A DNA stretch of 58,897 bases, taken from positions 1-58,897 of the IMG/VR virus record IMGVR_UViG_3300042914_000556. One strand, 5' to 3'. The stretch is from a virus (Duplodnaviria > Caudoviricetes). Both the position numbers and the translations under genes were made by a program. Positions 57,025 through 58,897 of this stretch are shown in pieces. Every line of letters begins with the position of its first letter. Within the stretch, counting starts at the first letter, position 1. Under the pieces are notes generated by a model. The model was not told where the DNA came from. It searched no databases and saw only the letters and a list, made by a program, of their open reading frames with translations.

Positions 57025-58425
57025 CTAGGTATACATATATTGTACGCGCTTAACTTCCCGTCGAGTACTGGACATCGCCACCCCGCGTACGTTCATGTCA
57101 ATCACACTGTCGGCGTACTGGTTGGCGTCGTGGACGTGGGAATACTCGTTCTTGTCCGGGCTGTCCTCCGACTCGCCATTTTTCTTTATCTTGTACCGAT
57201 ACCCCGATCTAAAGCCTTTGATCAGCATGGTGCACCGGGGGTCTATTAAATACATCGCCTTCCCTTCAAGTTGCTGAGATAGCAACCGCTCGACGGCCTG
57301 TATCCGTAGCTCGGGCTTGTTGCTCGGTGGCTTGACGCATTTAAACCCAGCGGCCTTTAACGCATCGACCAGCGTCATCTCGTTCAACTGTGTCTTGGCG
57401 TATCCCGCAGGGTCGGGCGCACAGAGCACACTATATCCGGGGTAGTTGTTCGCCACGTGCGGCGTTAACTTGGTTCTGATGAACGTCTCGATGCCCATGT
57501 TCTCGGAGGTCAGCTCACCTAGCGTCAGTACGCGTCCACGCGGGTCCCGCTGTTTAAAGACCGCTGCGGGTGTGCGCCCGAAGTCGATGCCGATAATGAT
57601 GGGATAGTCTTGCGAGTTGATCGCCCGCAGTTCATCTTTGGCAACGTGGAAGTCCCCGAAGAACGATTTCTGATACACCGGCGAGCCGGACAGCGAGCGC
57701 CCAAATTTGTTGTGGATGTAAACGTCGATCCAGTCCTCGGTCTTACCCTCGGCTAACGTCGTGTAGTACCCATCGACCAAGTTATCCGCCCAGTCACATT
57801 CTGCAGACAAGGCACTGGGCTGCATGAAGATTTTCGCCGTGGTCGGCGGCTCGGACATGTACTCTTCCCAGAAAGTATCTGCGTCCGGCGCGTTCGTCGC
57901 CCCCCAGATGTGATGGTTCGGCACTCCCTCGTCAGTTACGCAACCTCCATTGGCAACGGAGGGATACCGCCCAACGCGGCCTTGTAGCGCATTAAATATG
58001 TCGGGATGGATTTCGCGATACTCATCGAGGATGCCAAATGAACATTCAAGTGACAAAAGCCGTCGAACGTCGTTGGCATCGTCCAGACCACGAAAGAGCA
58101 CCTCGCACTCCACGTCATCAAAGCGTAGGAAAAACCTTTTGTCAGTACGCGCATAAGACCCCGCCACCCCTTCTGGGAACCACGTCATGAATGTCGGAAT
58201 TGTCGCATCTGTGAGCATTTGGTTGGTGTTTCGCACCACGACCGCCCTAGACCTGCGCACCCCATCGCGTCCCTTCCTCATTTTCTTCGCGTGGTACGCA
58301 ATCTTCATCATGGCAGCGGAGGATTTGCCGCTTCCTACTGGCCCGGATACGAGGGATACAAACGACTCCGACGTTAGAAAGCCCGCTAGGGACTTCGGTG
58401 GGGTGTAATTGATCTGATTGCTCAT
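57025..58425 (-). CDS. terL: Terminase large subunit
   Basis: Walker A GPVGSGKS, LDE, ATN, GIDFG nuclease, SHVHDANQY. Confidence 0.93.
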   Translation of the reverse strand: MSNQINYTPPKSLAGFLTSESFVSLVSGPVGSGKSSAAMMKIAYHAKKMRKGRDGVRRSRAVVVRNTNQMLTDATIPTFMTWFPEGVAGSYARTDKRFFLRFDDVECEVLFRGLDDANDVRRLLSLECSFGILDEYREIHPDIFNALQGRVGRYPSVANGGCVTDEGVPNHHIWGATNAPDADTFWEEYMSEPPTTAKIFMQPSALSAECDWADNLVDGYYTTLAEGKTEDWIDVYIHNKFGRSLSGSPVYQKSFFGDFHVAKDELRAINSQDYPIIIGIDFGRTPAAVFKQRDPRGRVLTLGELTSENMGIETFIRTKLTPHVANNYPGYSVLCAPDPAGYAKTQLNEMTLVDALKAAGFKCVKPPSNKPELRIQAVERLLSQQLEGKAMYLIDPRCTMLIKGFRSGYRYKIKKNGESEDSPDKNEYSHVHDANQYADSVIDMNVRGVAMSSTRREVKRVQYMYT

Positions 58426-58897
58426 TGCCAGTGGTCATCCCCTGCATATTCATAGCTTTCATCCTCCAAAAACGTTATTTTTGCAGGGGTAGGCGGTGGA
58501 TTTGCGTCAAAAACCAGTGTTTCTGCGGGCTTTTCAGCGGTCGATGGGAGGTTAATTGTGATCGAAAAACCAGCACCAACAGGCCCAATTTGCCCTGTTT
58601 TTGGTTTCAAATCAGCCCATTCGACAAAGTTTTCCGCGATTTTTGAGCGTACAGCCGCCGGTGTATCGGGGTCACGGGCCATATGGTAGAGCGTCGGCAA
58701 CAAATCTTCCGCTAAAACCTTAGCTTTTGCTGAAAAAGAGAAGCCGTTCGTTCGCAGGTCGTTGGCATATGAATCCACATACCGCTGAAACTGCGGGTTT
58801 TTGGCTATTTCGTCGTACTCAGTCTGCGAGATACCTTCGCCTGCAATAACTTCGTGGGTTGGCCGCATCGCCCCCACTTGGTTTCTAGCTATGGCAA
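58422..58897 (-). CDS. terS: Terminase small subunit (possibly 5'-truncated by the window edge)
   Basis: Upstream of TerL with ATGA overlap; FSITINL motif; frame open to the window end. Confidence 0.65.
   Translation of the reverse strand, partial: AIARNQVGAMRPTHEVIAGEGISQTEYDEIAKNPQFQRYVDSYANDLRTNGFSFSAKAKVLAEDLLPTLYHMARDPDTPAAVRSKIAENFVEWADLKPKTGQIGPVGAGFSITINLPSTAEKPAETLVFDANPPPTPAKITFLEDESYEYAGDDHWQ

Noticed and set aside
1-58897. Circularly complete genome or terminal repeat
   Set aside because: The ends share no visible repeat; the terS frame is open at the edge, and joining the ends gives a stop within five codons with no ATG/GTG/TTG start, so sequence is probably missing

Overview
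Near-complete genome of a tailed dsDNA phage (Caudoviricetes, podovirus-like morphogenesis module; a freshwater betaproteobacterial host is only an inference from gene content). The + strand arm (1-21.4 kb) has early hypothetical genes, a ~960 bp AT-rich non-coding region with iteron-like repeats, a DUF3150-like/AAA+/metallopeptidase-vWA trio, many tiny ORFs, and a replication module. That module holds PolA (Leu762 type), a Cas4-like exonuclease, VRR-NUC, an SNF2 helicase, an Acb2 anti-CBASS sponge, an SSB-like protein, a primase-helicase and an HNH protein. The - strand arm (21.4-58.9 kb) has terminase, portal, scaffold, capsid, adaptors, collagen and glycine-rich fibres, a GT2-TPR glycosyltransferase, an extended lysis cassette, tail and ejection proteins (including a 2328-aa polyvalent protein with zincin and ART-like domains) and five tiny basic genes. 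The most striking unexplained signal is a 16-bp palindrome, TAATCCCRYGGGATTA. I found it ten times in the first 9.2 kb, mostly at gene junctions, and saw it nowhere else. I recognised no integrase, RNA polymerase, tRNA or CRISPR array. All family calls are by eye from motifs and synteny, not from database searches.
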